From positions 416,001 to 480,000 of the forward strand of contig CAWCIZ010000002.1 of the NCBI GenBank assembly GCA_963795855.1: a stretch of DNA of 64,000 bases, written 5' to 3'. The DNA comes from Vulcanimicrobiota bacterium. GTDB lineage: Bacteria; Vulcanimicrobiota; Vulcanimicrobiia; Vulcanimicrobiales; Vulcanimicrobiaceae. The notes under the pieces are model-generated. The model was given only the letters and a program-made list of their open reading frames with translations. It made no database searches and was not told the origin of the DNA. Positions 52,184 through 64,000 of the stretch are shown piece by piece; the first letter of the stretch is position 1; each line of letters starts with the position of its first letter. The translations under genes and the position numbers were made by a program.

Positions 52184-53023
52184 TCAGCGCTTTGGCACAA
52201 ACAGCGCATCGAGTTCGTCGCCCGAAATCCGATCGGCTGCAAAGGCGAACGTGCCTTCATCGCGCAGCTGCTGCGCCGCTCGGCGCACGGATGCCAGCGC
52301 ATGCGCGAATCCGGCGGGCCCGATGCTGATCCGCGCGACGCCAGACTCCGCCAAACGCCGCACCGGCGGCGTCGTCGCGTTCGCAAAAATGTTGACGGGA
52401 CCCGCGATTTCGCGCGTCAGCCGCGAGATCGCGTCCTCACCGTTCGCGCCGATGACGAACGCGCAGTCGGCGCCTGCCTCGAGAAAACGATTCGCGCGCG
52501 AGATCGCCTCCTTCAAGTGCGCGTCCGTGGTCGCGCCGGCATAGCGCAGTAAAGCGTCCGTGCGTGCGTTGATGACGATGGGAATGCCGAGACGCGCGCC
52601 CGTTTCTTTCATTGCTTCGATGCGCTCGCATTGGGCGTCGACGTCCATCAAGACACCGGGCTCCGCCGTATCCTCGATGTTCAAGCCGGCCGCGCCCGCT
52701 TCTATCGCACCGCGTGCAGTTGCTTGCGCGTCGTCCACGGTACGCCCATATGCCGCTTCCAAATCCGCGCTTACAGGCACATGCACTGCGCGAGCGATGC
52801 GCGCCACTGCGCCAAGCATGCTTTCGCGCGAGATGTGCTCGCCGTCCGGAAAGCCTTGCGTCCATGCGACCGCGGCGCTGCCCGTTGCGAGCGCGGGATA
52901 ACCGAGTTCCTCGACGATGCGCGCGCTCGCCGCGTCCCAAACGTTGAACAGCACGAGCGGTTGGCCCGGCTTGTGAAGCGAGCGCAGTGCTTGTGCGCGC
53001 TCCGCTTGCGTCGTGGAATTCAT
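52184..53023 (-). CDS. isocitrate lyase/PEP mutase family protein
   Basis: NVWDAASA, AT.S.A.A, ADLE..YG, G.NIED, INARTD, AGADC.FV. Confidence 0.92.
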   Translation of the reverse strand: MNSTTQAERAQALRSLHKPGQPLVLFNVWDAASARIVEELGYPALATGSAAVAWTQGFPDGEHISRESMLGAVARIARAVHVPVSADLEAAYGRTVDDAQATARGAIEAGAAGLNIEDTAEPGVLMDVDAQCERIEAMKETGARLGIPIVINARTDALLRYAGATTDAHLKEAISRANRFLEAGADCAFVIGANGEDAISRLTREIAGPVNIFANATTPPVRRLAESGVARISIGPAGFAHALASVRRAAQQLRDEGTFAFAADRISGDELDALFVPKR

Positions 53024-53121
53024 GGGCGCGCATTACCGGCTCGGAGTCGCTGAGGCCTTGCGCTGCCGGCGGCGACGGTTCCGCGGGTGTTCGGCCGCCG
53101 TTGCTTGGGAAAAGTACGTTT

Positions 53122-53406
53122 ATGGCTAGTCAGAGCGTCGCGAACCGCAGCGGATCCGAGCCCGCCCCCGGCACGTGGAGTCGGATCAAAGAGTGGTCCG
53201 GTTACGTCGTGACCGTACTGCCCTACGTCTCGGCCGGCCTCGTTCTAATTCCCAGCCTGGGCGTGTGGATCAAGGCTGGAATACTGGTCGTCTTCGTCGT
53301 GCTGGTCCTCGTAGTCCGCATCTGCCACGAAAAGGCCGGCATCGCGGTGACCGCACCGGACGAACGCCAAAAACGTCCGAGCACCTTGCGCACCCGAAGT
53401 CGTTAG
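53122..53406 (+). CDS. small two-TM membrane protein
   Basis: Two hydrophobic helices; stop overlaps the convergent gene. Confidence 0.55.
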   Translation: MASQSVANRSGSEPAPGTWSRIKEWSGYVVTVLPYVSAGLVLIPSLGVWIKAGILVVFVVLVLVVRICHEKAGIAVTAPDERQKRPSTLRTRSR

Positions 53407-53888
53407 AGCGCCGGAATCCTCACTGCGCCGGCGGCGACGTCGCTGCCGAATGCGCGCAGGAAGCGCGCCTGATCTTCATGCTTGCCGTCCGGTTCGAAGT
53501 CGAACCGCCGCTGCTCGGCGATAGCGCTTTCTACTTCGTAGCCTTGCGCGAGGCGCACCGCCGCGCAGAACGTGGATGTGCGTCCTTCGCCGCCCTTGCA
53601 GTGAACGAAAAGGCGATCCGTCGCGCTGCATTCGCGGCAGAGTTCGAGCCATTCACCGATCTGTTCGTAGTCTGGAGCGCGATCGTTCTTCACCGGAATG
53701 TGCACGTATCGAAGCCCGGCGTTTTCTACGATCTTTCGCTCATCGCGTTCCCGGAGATTTATGACGAGGCTCACCCCTTGCATTTTCAGCTTTTCGTACG
53801 CGCCACGGCCGGGTTGACCGCCGCGGGCAAGCCACGAATCGTACCACGCGAAGCGTTCGATCTCGTCCATGGTCCGTTGTTCCCACAT
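53403..53888 (-). CDS. dual-specificity/tyrosine protein phosphatase-like protein
   Basis: VHCKGGEGRT (CX5R), VINLR, HIPV. Confidence 0.88.
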   Translation of the reverse strand: MWEQRTMDEIERFAWYDSWLARGGQPGRGAYEKLKMQGVSLVINLRERDERKIVENAGLRYVHIPVKNDRAPDYEQIGEWLELCRECSATDRLFVHCKGGEGRTSTFCAAVRLAQGYEVESAIAEQRRFDFEPDGKHEDQARFLRAFGSDVAAGAVRIPAL

Positions 53889-53915
53889 ATCCGACGAGAG
53901 ATTTCATCGTCGCAT

Positions 53916-55106
53916 TTACAGCAGGGAGAACAGCGCCGGAATGACGTCGTACGGATCGGGCCCGCTGCCGTCGTTCGTGAGCACGATGATGTCGATGCCG
54001 TCGTTCGGGAAGGTCGCGTTCATCGACTGAAATCCGCCGATAGCGCCGTCGTGCCAAATATAGAGATGTCCGCTCAAGGAGCTGATTAGCCAGCCGTCCG
54101 CGTACGTTCCGTACGACTGCGGAAACGGACCGGGCGCGAACATTTGCGTCAGGGAGTCCTGCGTAAATAATCCGGGCGCGCGTACCGCTTCGTCCCATTT
54201 TTCCAGATCGCCGACGGTCGACGTCAGGCCGCCGGGCCCGGCCAGCCACTCGAGATTCCACTGATAGATGCGCTGCGGTCCGTTTCCCCTATCCGCATAG
54301 CCCAGCGCGAGATCCGTCGTTCCCGCCGGCGGATATCCTTGCTGCGTGTGCGTCATTCCGAGCGGCGCGAAAATACGCTGCTGCAAGAATGCGCCGAGTG
54401 GTTCACCGCTCACGCGCGCCACGATTATGCCCAGCAGCAGATAATTCGTATTCGAGTAATCGTAGCGGCTGCCCGGCGCAAACAGCAGCGGAAACCCCGC
54501 GAGTTCGTCGACGATCGGTTGGCGGTCGCTTTGCCCGCTCGCCAAAAAGGCGTTGTATGCCGGCGAAAAATCAGGATACGAAAAGAAATTATTGTAATCG
54601 ACGAATCCGCTGCTGTGCTGCAAAAGATTCACGAGGGTCATGCTCGCCGCGCCCGGCAGCGCCGGAAAGTATTTCGACACCGGATCGTGCACCGAAAGTT
54701 TGCCGTCCTGTTGTAAAAGCAGGATAGCGCCGGCCGTGAATTCTTTACTCACCGATGCCAGATCGAAGACGGTGTTCGAATCGGGCGCGAATTCGCCGCG
54801 CGGCAGATTCAGAACGGTATCGGGTTGCGGAATACCCCAAACGTTCCTTGCGAAAAACGAATCCGGTTTTCCGCGATCGCGTAATCCGTAGCCGTGCACG
54901 TACACCGGAACGTTTCTGCGGTAGATCGCCAGTTCGACGCCCGAGTCCGCGCCGAAGTTGCGCTCGATGACACTATCGAACGTCGTGCCCGTCGATGGAG
55001 CGGGCCGCGCGGAAGTCGTGGGCGCGACGGGCGGCGGACCGCCCGAACCTCCGCCGCACCCGCAGATTATGCTTGTGGCCGCGAACAGTGCGAGAATGCG
55101 TTTCAC
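53916..55106 (-). CDS. serine hydrolase (beta-lactamase class C-like), probable lipoprotein
   Basis: LASVSKEFTA, LL.H.SG, YSN.NY, G.GGL.ST..DL, WHDG; N-terminal CGC lipobox. Confidence 0.9.
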   Translation of the reverse strand: MKRILALFAATSIICGCGGGSGGPPPVAPTTSARPAPSTGTTFDSVIERNFGADSGVELAIYRRNVPVYVHGYGLRDRGKPDSFFARNVWGIPQPDTVLNLPRGEFAPDSNTVFDLASVSKEFTAGAILLLQQDGKLSVHDPVSKYFPALPGAASMTLVNLLQHSSGFVDYNNFFSYPDFSPAYNAFLASGQSDRQPIVDELAGFPLLFAPGSRYDYSNTNYLLLGIIVARVSGEPLGAFLQQRIFAPLGMTHTQQGYPPAGTTDLALGYADRGNGPQRIYQWNLEWLAGPGGLTSTVGDLEKWDEAVRAPGLFTQDSLTQMFAPGPFPQSYGTYADGWLISSLSGHLYIWHDGAIGGFQSMNATFPNDGIDIIVLTNDGSGPDPYDVIPALFSLL

Positions 55107-55164
55107 GGTACGCGTATCATCGCATCGCGCGCCGAAAAAGTCTTGAGGGAACGCTCAGGAAACG

Positions 55165-56551
55165 CTAAGCGCGGCTCTCGCGAAGCCAGCGTTTGAATTC
55201 CGAGTCTGCGCGCAGCGGATCGAGCCGGGGATCCGGCGCAAACAGCCGGCGCGAACTCGAATCGACGCGCTCGAGCCATGCAAGCGCCGCCGCATGCTCG
55301 TGCCGAGAGGCAAGCGCGGCTGCAAGAGAAAGGATGGCCGACGGATCCGTCACGACGCCTCGTTCCCGAACCAGCGCCTGAGCGCGAGCAAAATCGCGAT
55401 TCGATGCGGCGCGATTGCCGTCTTGGCTTTCGTAGAAACTGAGCAACGCATCGACGTCCACATCGGGGGTGCCGGTTCGCCCTAACGCCCGAAGTTCGCG
55501 TTCCGCCTTCTGCCGGTCGGTCTGTCCGTCGGACAGCGCCAGAACGAACGCGGCCGATCGGTCGGCCGGACTTTGGGCCAGCGACTGCTTCGAGTATGCC
55601 TTGCTCTGCGAATAATCGCGCCGCAGATAAGCGAGCAATGCGAGATCGTCCCCGGCTTGCGTCCAGCTCGTATTGAGCGCCAATGCCGCCCGAAATTGCA
55701 CGGACGCCGCCCGGCTATCGCCGCGCTCCATCAGCAGTTCGCCGTACCACGTACGCGCTTCGACCAGCGTCGGATCGAGCGGCACCGCCCTGTGCAACTC
55801 TTCTTCCGCCAAACCGGCGCCGGCGAAGAGTCGGATTCGCTCTTCCGAACGCGGCATGTGCGTCGGCGGAAGCAGGATCGATGCTCACGGCACGACGCGC
55901 GGCTTGGAATGCGGCGCGCGCGTCGACGATCATCTGCGGCGTGCCGGCGGCTCGAACGGCAAGGCTCAAATACGCGTCAGCCAAGCCCGCGTATCCGAGC
56001 GCGCTGCGCGGTTCTTGCCGAACGGCGGTTTCGAAGTACGTTATCGCTCTGCGATCGTCGCCCGAGTTCTTTCCGTTGGCCCAATAGTAATAGCCCAACG
56101 CATACGCCGGCGGTATGTTCGGCGGCGGCTGGTGACGCTGATTCCACAAGAACGCACCGGCGGCGAGCGCGATGACCGCACCAAGAGCAGCTGCTGCAAG
56201 CCGCAGCCGCGAACCCGGCACCGGTACGGATGATTGCTCACTGCTCGCCTGCGCGATCTGCAAGCGGTAGCCGCGGCGCGGCACGGTTTCTATGCGTATG
56301 GCCGGATCCCACTCACGCAGTGTCCCGCGCAGTTGGTACACACTCTGCGTGAGGCTCGACTCGGCGACGTCGGCGTCGGGCCACACCGCGTCCATCAGCG
56401 CCGTTTTCGAAACGACTTCGCCGCGCCGTTCGAGCAGAGCGCAGAGCACCTCGAACGTTTTGGGCGAGAGCGGCACGATTTGCTCGCCGCAGCGCAGCAC
56501 GCGCTCTTCGAAGTGTGCGGTGCAACGGTCGAGCCGACGTGTTTCCTTCAT
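55165..56551 (-). CDS. CadC/OmpR-type winged-helix + TM + TPR regulator (frameshift near 55835)
   Basis: LSPK.F.VL..L, V.K..L...VWPD, L...V..LR..L, IETVPRRGY; TPRs; C-terminal DPRLDPLR. Confidence 0.85.
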
Positions 56552-56643
56552 CGTTTCATGAGAACTCGCTGACCATACGCTGGGGACTTCGACGCCCGGC
56601 GATGGGATGATTCTCGTGCGCCGCCGCGCGGAAAGGCTTCTGT

Positions 56644-57308
56644 ATGCGTCATGCGATTGCCCCGGCCGGACTTGCCGGACTGCTGCTCTGTGCGTGCGGC
56701 GGGGGCGGCGCAGGGGGCGGTCCGGGCCCCACTCCCACGCCGGTACCCACGGCGACCCCGGTCACGTACTATCAGCCTCTCGCCGCCGGCGACGTTTGGG
56801 TGTACATGTGCCACAATACCATCGACAAGTCCGAGGCGGCTTTCACAATTCAAAATGCAATCCTCGGCACGACGACCGTCAGCGGTCAAACTGTGTACGA
56901 GCTCCGCTGCAAATACCGAGTTCGCCGACGCAGAGCACGACGGTCATTCAGTTGCTCGCAAACGACGCGAAGGGCAATACGTCGATTTACGGCTATCTGG
57001 TGAACGGCACCGCGCAGCCAATCGCAGCGGCCGTCCTCGTTGCTGCGAATCCGGGTCTCAAAGGCACGGCATACGACTATGCGGCGCCGGACGGCACCAC
57101 GATTACGCGCATCTACGAAGGTATGGAACAAAGCAACCCAACGAAACTCGGCACGTTCACCGTCGCGCCGTATTTCGAAAGCAATTCGACGCACAATTAC
57201 GGGTACGCGTTAGGGACCGGAATCGTCGAGGAAGATCACGGACCGAACTTTCAATACGACTGCCTAATCCAAAGCGCCACGGTTAAAACCGCCGAAGCGC
57301 GTACGTGA
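56644..57308 (+). CDS. hypothetical lipoprotein (frameshift near 56905)
   Basis: LLLCAC lipobox and PT linker; the second frame continues as beta-rich sequence to the stop at 57308. Confidence 0.65.
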
Positions 57309-57317
57309 CGGCAACTA

Positions 57318-57344
57318 CAAAGGGCGCCGTTTCGGCGCCCTTTG
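57318..57344. terminator. bidirectional terminator
   Basis: CAAAGGGCGCCG-TTT-CGGCGCCCTTTG between convergent genes. Confidence 0.8.
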
Positions 57345-57349
57345 CGGAC

Positions 57350-59848
<2,499 letters not shown>

Positions 59849-60019
59849 GGTCTGTCTCTAAACTCCTTACTTGCGATCCGCGCCCTACGAGTTGCTACCG
59901 GATATACCCGTTTAGGTTGCTTGACAGGCTCGTCCAGGAAATCCCCATCAAGCCGTTTATCGTGAGAACGTATAACCCCGCCCGGGCGTGTTAAGGTTCC
60001 GCTTGCGTTACCGGGTTAT

Positions 60020-60478
60020 TCAAAAGCTGAAGCGTACGCCGGCAAACCCGACCGTCGACCCCGAGCTTTGGGTCTGCTTATAGAAACGAAACTCGATCGA
60101 CGTCAGCGGCGCAATGGATTTGCCCGCGAACAACGTGATGACCGTGCCGGTCGACCCGTCGATGGAAAGCGTGCCCACGCCCGCCCCTGCCCCGATGTAG
60201 GCTCCGCCATATCCGCCTCCGGTGAATCCACGAACCTCCGCAGTCGCGGCATAGCCGCCTTTTCCGCTGAGAGGGACCAAGAGGGAGCCCTGTACCTCGA
60301 GCGGCACGGCCGGAACCGACGCTCCGCTGCTTACAATCGCCGCCGCGCCGGTCTGGGAGGGGGTGTCTCGCAAAAATCCGCCCGCCGCAACGGATATCGA
60401 GGCGAGCGCGTGCACCGGGAACGAAGCCAAAAATGCCGCGGTCAGTGCCGCCCCGAGCGTCCTGAACGATATACGCAT
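60020..60478 (-). CDS. secreted hypothetical protein, possible small outer-membrane beta-barrel
   Basis: Signal peptide, amphipathic strands, YIGAGAG, C-terminal GVRFSF. Confidence 0.7.
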   Translation of the reverse strand: MRISFRTLGAALTAAFLASFPVHALASISVAAGGFLRDTPSQTGAAAIVSSGASVPAVPLEVQGSLLVPLSGKGGYAATAEVRGFTGGGYGGAYIGAGAGVGTLSIDGSTGTVITLFAGKSIAPLTSIEFRFYKQTQSSGSTVGFAGVRFSF

Positions 60479-60512
60479 GGGTCAGGGGGTTGGCGACGAA
60501 GCCAAACACATC

Positions 60513-60824
60513 ATGCCGACCGTGGAACAAGTGCGCGACGCGCTCAAAGACGTAAAGGATCCGGAGCTGAACATTCCCGTACTCGATCTCGGATTGGTCT
60601 ACGACATTTCGACCGAAGGCGAGCACGGCGAATTCGTTACGGTGACGATGACGCTCACCTCGCCGATGTGTCCCGTCGGGCCGATGTTCAAGCAAAACGT
60701 CGAGGATGCGGTGCGCGCAGTCGAAGGCGTGAAAACGGTGACGGTCGACGTGACGTTCACGCCGCCGTGGGATCCGCGCGAGATGGCGACGGACGACGTC
60801 AAAATGATGCTCGGGATCTGGTGA
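60513..60824 (+). CDS. DUF59/SufT-PaaD metal-sulfur cluster assembly factor
   Basis: V.DPEL....DLGLVY, MTLTSP.CP, PPW. Confidence 0.92.
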   Translation: MPTVEQVRDALKDVKDPELNIPVLDLGLVYDISTEGEHGEFVTVTMTLTSPMCPVGPMFKQNVEDAVRAVEGVKTVTVDVTFTPPWDPREMATDDVKMMLGIW

Positions 60825-60845
60825 AACGCGCCCCTTCGGGTGCGG

Positions 60846-61310
60846 TTAGTGTTTCGTGCAGTAATCGGTGACGGGCGCGTCGGGTTTTCCGTCAACGACG
60901 CGCGTGAACGAACGCTCGATACGCGCCGGAGATGCGAGCTTCCACGTGGCGACGCCGTGCATGATGCCGCTGTCGGAGTAGTATGCGCCGCCTGCCCACG
61001 TCCAGACGTTGTCTTTATCGGGACCAGAGGACGTGCTCACGCCGAACGAACCGTCGTAATGAAAATCCTGGTAGGCCCAGTCATTTTGAGACGGCACGTA
61101 GCCGACGTACGCGACGCCCCCGTTGCCGTTATCCTGCGGTCCCCACCGAACGACGGCCCATTTGTCGCCGGGCGCGGCCTCCACGTTCCACTCAGTCGTC
61201 GAGGAGTGCGCGGGACGATCGGCCGTCGCGGGAATCGTCATGTGGCAGCTCCATGCGCCGGCGAACGTCTGCGCAAAGAGGTTGACCGCCGCAACGAGCA
61301 CTCCAAGCAT
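60846..61310 (-). CDS. secreted hypothetical protein
   Basis: Short signal-like N-terminus, G.W.C motif, terminal Cys; SD GAGGAG. Confidence 0.7.
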   Translation of the reverse strand: MLGVLVAAVNLFAQTFAGAWSCHMTIPATADRPAHSSTTEWNVEAAPGDKWAVVRWGPQDNGNGGVAYVGYVPSQNDWAYQDFHYDGSFGVSTSSGPDKDNVWTWAGGAYYSDSGIMHGVATWKLASPARIERSFTRVVDGKPDAPVTDYCTKH

Positions 61311-61379
61311 CTCCACTCCTCATGCAAGCGCCCAGGGTAGGTCTTCTTACGCCGCGTCGACCCTGCAACCCCTCGTCAT

Positions 61380-62798
61380 TTATCGCAGGAACCGAACGTT
61401 CAAAACCGCCTGCCGATTCATATCGCCGACGCCGCCGAACGGCACGATGGCGCCTATTTCCAGGCCGGTGCCGTTCTTGCGCCGGAACCGCACGTCGAAG
61501 GCGGCGCTGTACTCCGGCCGTCCGTTGCCGAACGACTGCCCGTAGTCGTGCGCGTACGTGAGCGATGAAACCAGATTGAAAGCGTCGCTTGCTTTCCACG
61601 TAATGCCGCCGGTATACGTGCGGCTCGTGCTCGGAAACGGCGGGGCATCGTGCGCGAAATTCACGCCCCCGGTCAGTTGTACGCGCGCATTCACCGGAAG
61701 CGTGCTCCAAAGGCCGGCGCTGCTGGCGAGCGTCCCGCGCCCGTAGTTGTAGAACGATTCGCCTAAATCGAATGAGCCGGAGATCGTCGACCGTCCGACG
61801 TGCGCGGTATTCGTGTCGAAATGCAGTTCCGGCGTGATGCGAAAATCCTGGCTGACCGGCCAATCGCCGGGGTGCACGTCATGGCCCAAGTCGATTTGCA
61901 GCCGGCTGGACCCGAGGCCGCGAACGGGCCGCTGATTTCCCGCGAACAGCAAATCGTCGCTGCGCGTGCCGTTATACTGCGCGAACGAAAGCGATGCAAA
62001 GCCGTGCCGGGTCGACGACGCGAGCGCATAGCGAAGCGATCGCGATTGGAGGAGTGAGGAGCCCGTCAACGACTGCGAGAGCGAATCGTTGATGCGCTGG
62101 TAGGCGCCGATATCGAAGCGGTTGCCGTCGACGTCCAGCGTTTGCGCGAGCGCGACGTAGCCGCGATCGCTCGAAGCGAAATGCTCTTCCATTCCGGCGC
62201 CGGGGCCGCCGTTGTATTTGTCGTAGCGCACGCGCGCGAAAGTGTAGCCGTCCGACCCGCTCGACACGACCAGCGGCCATTCGAGCGCCGCGGACGGAAC
62301 CGGCGAGGAGCCGAAGTCTTTCGCGCTCGGCGGCGGAATGCCGTACGTGTACGACGCTGCCGGCACGAACGCGGTGCCCGATCGCACCTGCGCGTTGCTG
62401 AAGATGATTGAAACTGCGGGCTGAATCTCGACTTGCTGTCCGACTGCGAGCGCGTCGATCGTATTGAATTGCGGCACGATCGCATTGGGCGCGAACGTTC
62501 CGCGCTTGTGCGCGAAATCGTACACGTACCCTTCTCCGGACGAAGTTCCCGCCGGGCCTTTCACGGTGACGTCGCCGGCCATCGTCAGTCGATTGCCGCG
62601 CAGGTCGTACGCCGCGCGCGTCGCGTCGAATTCGACGTTGTCGAAGCGAAGCGCAACGCCGCCCTGCGCGATCAGGAGGCTGCGATCGGCGTACAGCGCA
62701 ATCTGCTGCGCCGTCATGACGGCGGCATGCGTCTGAGCCCGCGATGGGACTGGGAGTAAGAAAAGAACGGCGCAGAGAGCCGCCGTGAGGCGCCGCAT
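61380..62798 (-). CDS. outer-membrane protein with LptD/OstA-like N-terminus
   Basis: Signal peptide; A.GGV....A....YD...L...G.V beta-jellyroll pattern; beta-strand-rich C-terminus. Confidence 0.6.
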   Translation of the reverse strand: MRRLTAALCAVLFLLPVPSRAQTHAAVMTAQQIALYADRSLLIAQGGVALRFDNVEFDATRAAYDLRGNRLTMAGDVTVKGPAGTSSGEGYVYDFAHKRGTFAPNAIVPQFNTIDALAVGQQVEIQPAVSIIFSNAQVRSGTAFVPAASYTYGIPPPSAKDFGSSPVPSAALEWPLVVSSGSDGYTFARVRYDKYNGGPGAGMEEHFASSDRGYVALAQTLDVDGNRFDIGAYQRINDSLSQSLTGSSLLQSRSLRYALASSTRHGFASLSFAQYNGTRSDDLLFAGNQRPVRGLGSSRLQIDLGHDVHPGDWPVSQDFRITPELHFDTNTAHVGRSTISGSFDLGESFYNYGRGTLASSAGLWSTLPVNARVQLTGGVNFAHDAPPFPSTSRTYTGGITWKASDAFNLVSSLTYAHDYGQSFGNGRPEYSAAFDVRFRRKNGTGLEIGAIVPFGGVGDMNRQAVLNVRFLR

Positions 62799-62859
62799 AG
62801 CCGATTGTTCCTTTACCGACCGGCGGGGACCTCGCGCCTTCGCGTTCAAGCCACAGCCG

Positions 62860-64000
62860 ATGAGGACGCACGAGGAGAAGTACGCGGAGCTGCTGCGTAA
62901 ACGCGAGCAGGCTCAAACGCCGGCCGGTCCCGACGCGGTAGAGAAGCAGCACGAACGCGGAAAACGGACTGCACGCGAGCGTGTCGAGGCGCTCGTGGAT
63001 CCGAGCTCGTTCATCGAACTCGACCAGTTTGCCGTGCACCGCACGACGGCGTTCGGACTCGGCGAAAAAGAATTCCTCGGCGACGGCGTCGTGACGGGGC
63101 GCGCCACGATAGACGGACGGCAAATCTTCCTCTTCTCGCAAGACTTCACGGTGCTCGGCGGATCGCTGGGCGAAGTCTTCGCGGAAAAGATTTGCAAAGT
63201 GATGGACCTGGCGGTGCGTACGGGATCGCCGATGATCGGGATCAACGATTCGGGCGGCGCGCGCATACAGGAAGGCGTCGTGAGCCTCGGCGGCTACGCC
63301 GAAATCTTTTGGCGAAACGTTCAAGCCAGCGGCGTGATTCCGCAGATCAGCCTCATCGCCGGTCCGTGCGCGGGCGGCGCCGTATATTCGCCGGCCATCA
63401 CCGACTTCATCATCATGACCGAGCAGATCGCGCAGATGTTCATCACCGGTCCGGAAATCATCAAGACCGTGACCGGCGAAGACGTCACCTTCGAGCAGCT
63501 CGGCGGAGCGACCACGCACGCCACGAAAAGCGGCGTCGCGCATTTGACGGCGGGCGACGAAGACGAGATGGTCGACATGACCAAGACGCTGCTGTCCTAC
63601 GTTCCGCAGAACAATGTGGACGATCCCCCGCGCTTCGCGTGCGACGACGATCCGGAGCGGCTGGTGATGGAACTGGACGACGTCGTGCCCGATTCGCCGA
63701 ACAAGCCGTACGATATGCACGACGTCATTCTGCCGGCGCTCGACAACGGCGATTTCTTCGAATTGCAGCCGCTCTACGCGCAAAACATCGTGACCGGGTT
63801 CGGGCGGGTCGGCGGCACGACCGTGGGCGTCGTGGCGAACCAGCCCAACGTCTTAGCCGGGGTGCTCGACATTAAAAGCTCGATCAAAGCGGCGCGCTTC
63901 GTGCGGTTTTGCGACGCGTTCAACATCCCGCTCGTGACGTTCGTCGACGTTCCCGGCTTCCTGCCGGGAACGGATCAGGAATACGGCGGGATCATCACGC
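62860..64000 (+). CDS. pccB: acyl-CoA carboxylase beta subunit (truncated at window end)
   Basis: [64 protein letters not shown]. Confidence 0.93.
   Translation, partial: MRTHEEKYAELLRKREQAQTPAGPDAVEKQHERGKRTARERVEALVDPSSFIELDQFAVHRTTAFGLGEKEFLGDGVVTGRATIDGRQIFLFSQDFTVLGGSLGEVFAEKICKVMDLAVRTGSPMIGINDSGGARIQEGVVSLGGYAEIFWRNVQASGVIPQISLIAGPCAGGAVYSPAITDFIIMTEQIAQMFITGPEIIKTVTGEDVTFEQLGGATTHATKSGVAHLTAGDEDEMVDMTKTLLSYVPQNNVDDPPRFACDDDPERLVMELDDVVPDSPNKPYDMHDVILPALDNGDFFELQPLYAQNIVTGFGRVGGTTVGVVANQPNVLAGVLDIKSSIKAARFVRFCDAFNIPLVTFVDVPGFLPGTDQEYGGIIT

Noticed and set aside
59849..60010. CtsR, HrcA or ECF sigma sites upstream of clpC
   Set aside because: No CtsR heptad repeats or CIRCE; a GGAAC..GTT pair is present but its spacing is not convincing

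Overview
GC-rich bacterial chromosomal window, probably a diderm Terrabacteria lineage such as Ca. Eremiobacterota (inferred from gene content and style, not proven). It is mostly housekeeping: yebC-PASTA-rpe-thiL-pdxK; cmk-plsC-polyprenyl synthase-GT39; radA-ftcD-DUF1003-M16 protease-SSADH; dapD plus an aminotransferase; a complete oxidative pentose phosphate operon (tkt, tal-pgi fusion, gnd, zwf, opcA, pgl); a TetR-EmrAB-TolC efflux operon; hutHUI(F); a WYL regulator; clpC; and a truncated pccB. About 15 single-base frameshifts in otherwise intact genes point to long-read indel errors. Two unexplained non-coding loci stand out. (1) A ~1 kb array at 18569-19545 has seven copies of a 22-bp palindrome (AAAACCCAACGCGTTGGGTTTT) separated by two classes of hairpin-rich ~125-145 bp linkers (order A-B-A-A-B-B), and runs directly into an orphan DUF2442-like gene. 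(2) An intergenic region at 45390-45770 has a cluster of DnaA-box-like nonamers, a sigma70-type promoter, a ~190-nt multi-hairpin candidate sRNA and a terminator, convergent on the WYL gene. All calls come from reading the sequence; no database searches were run.
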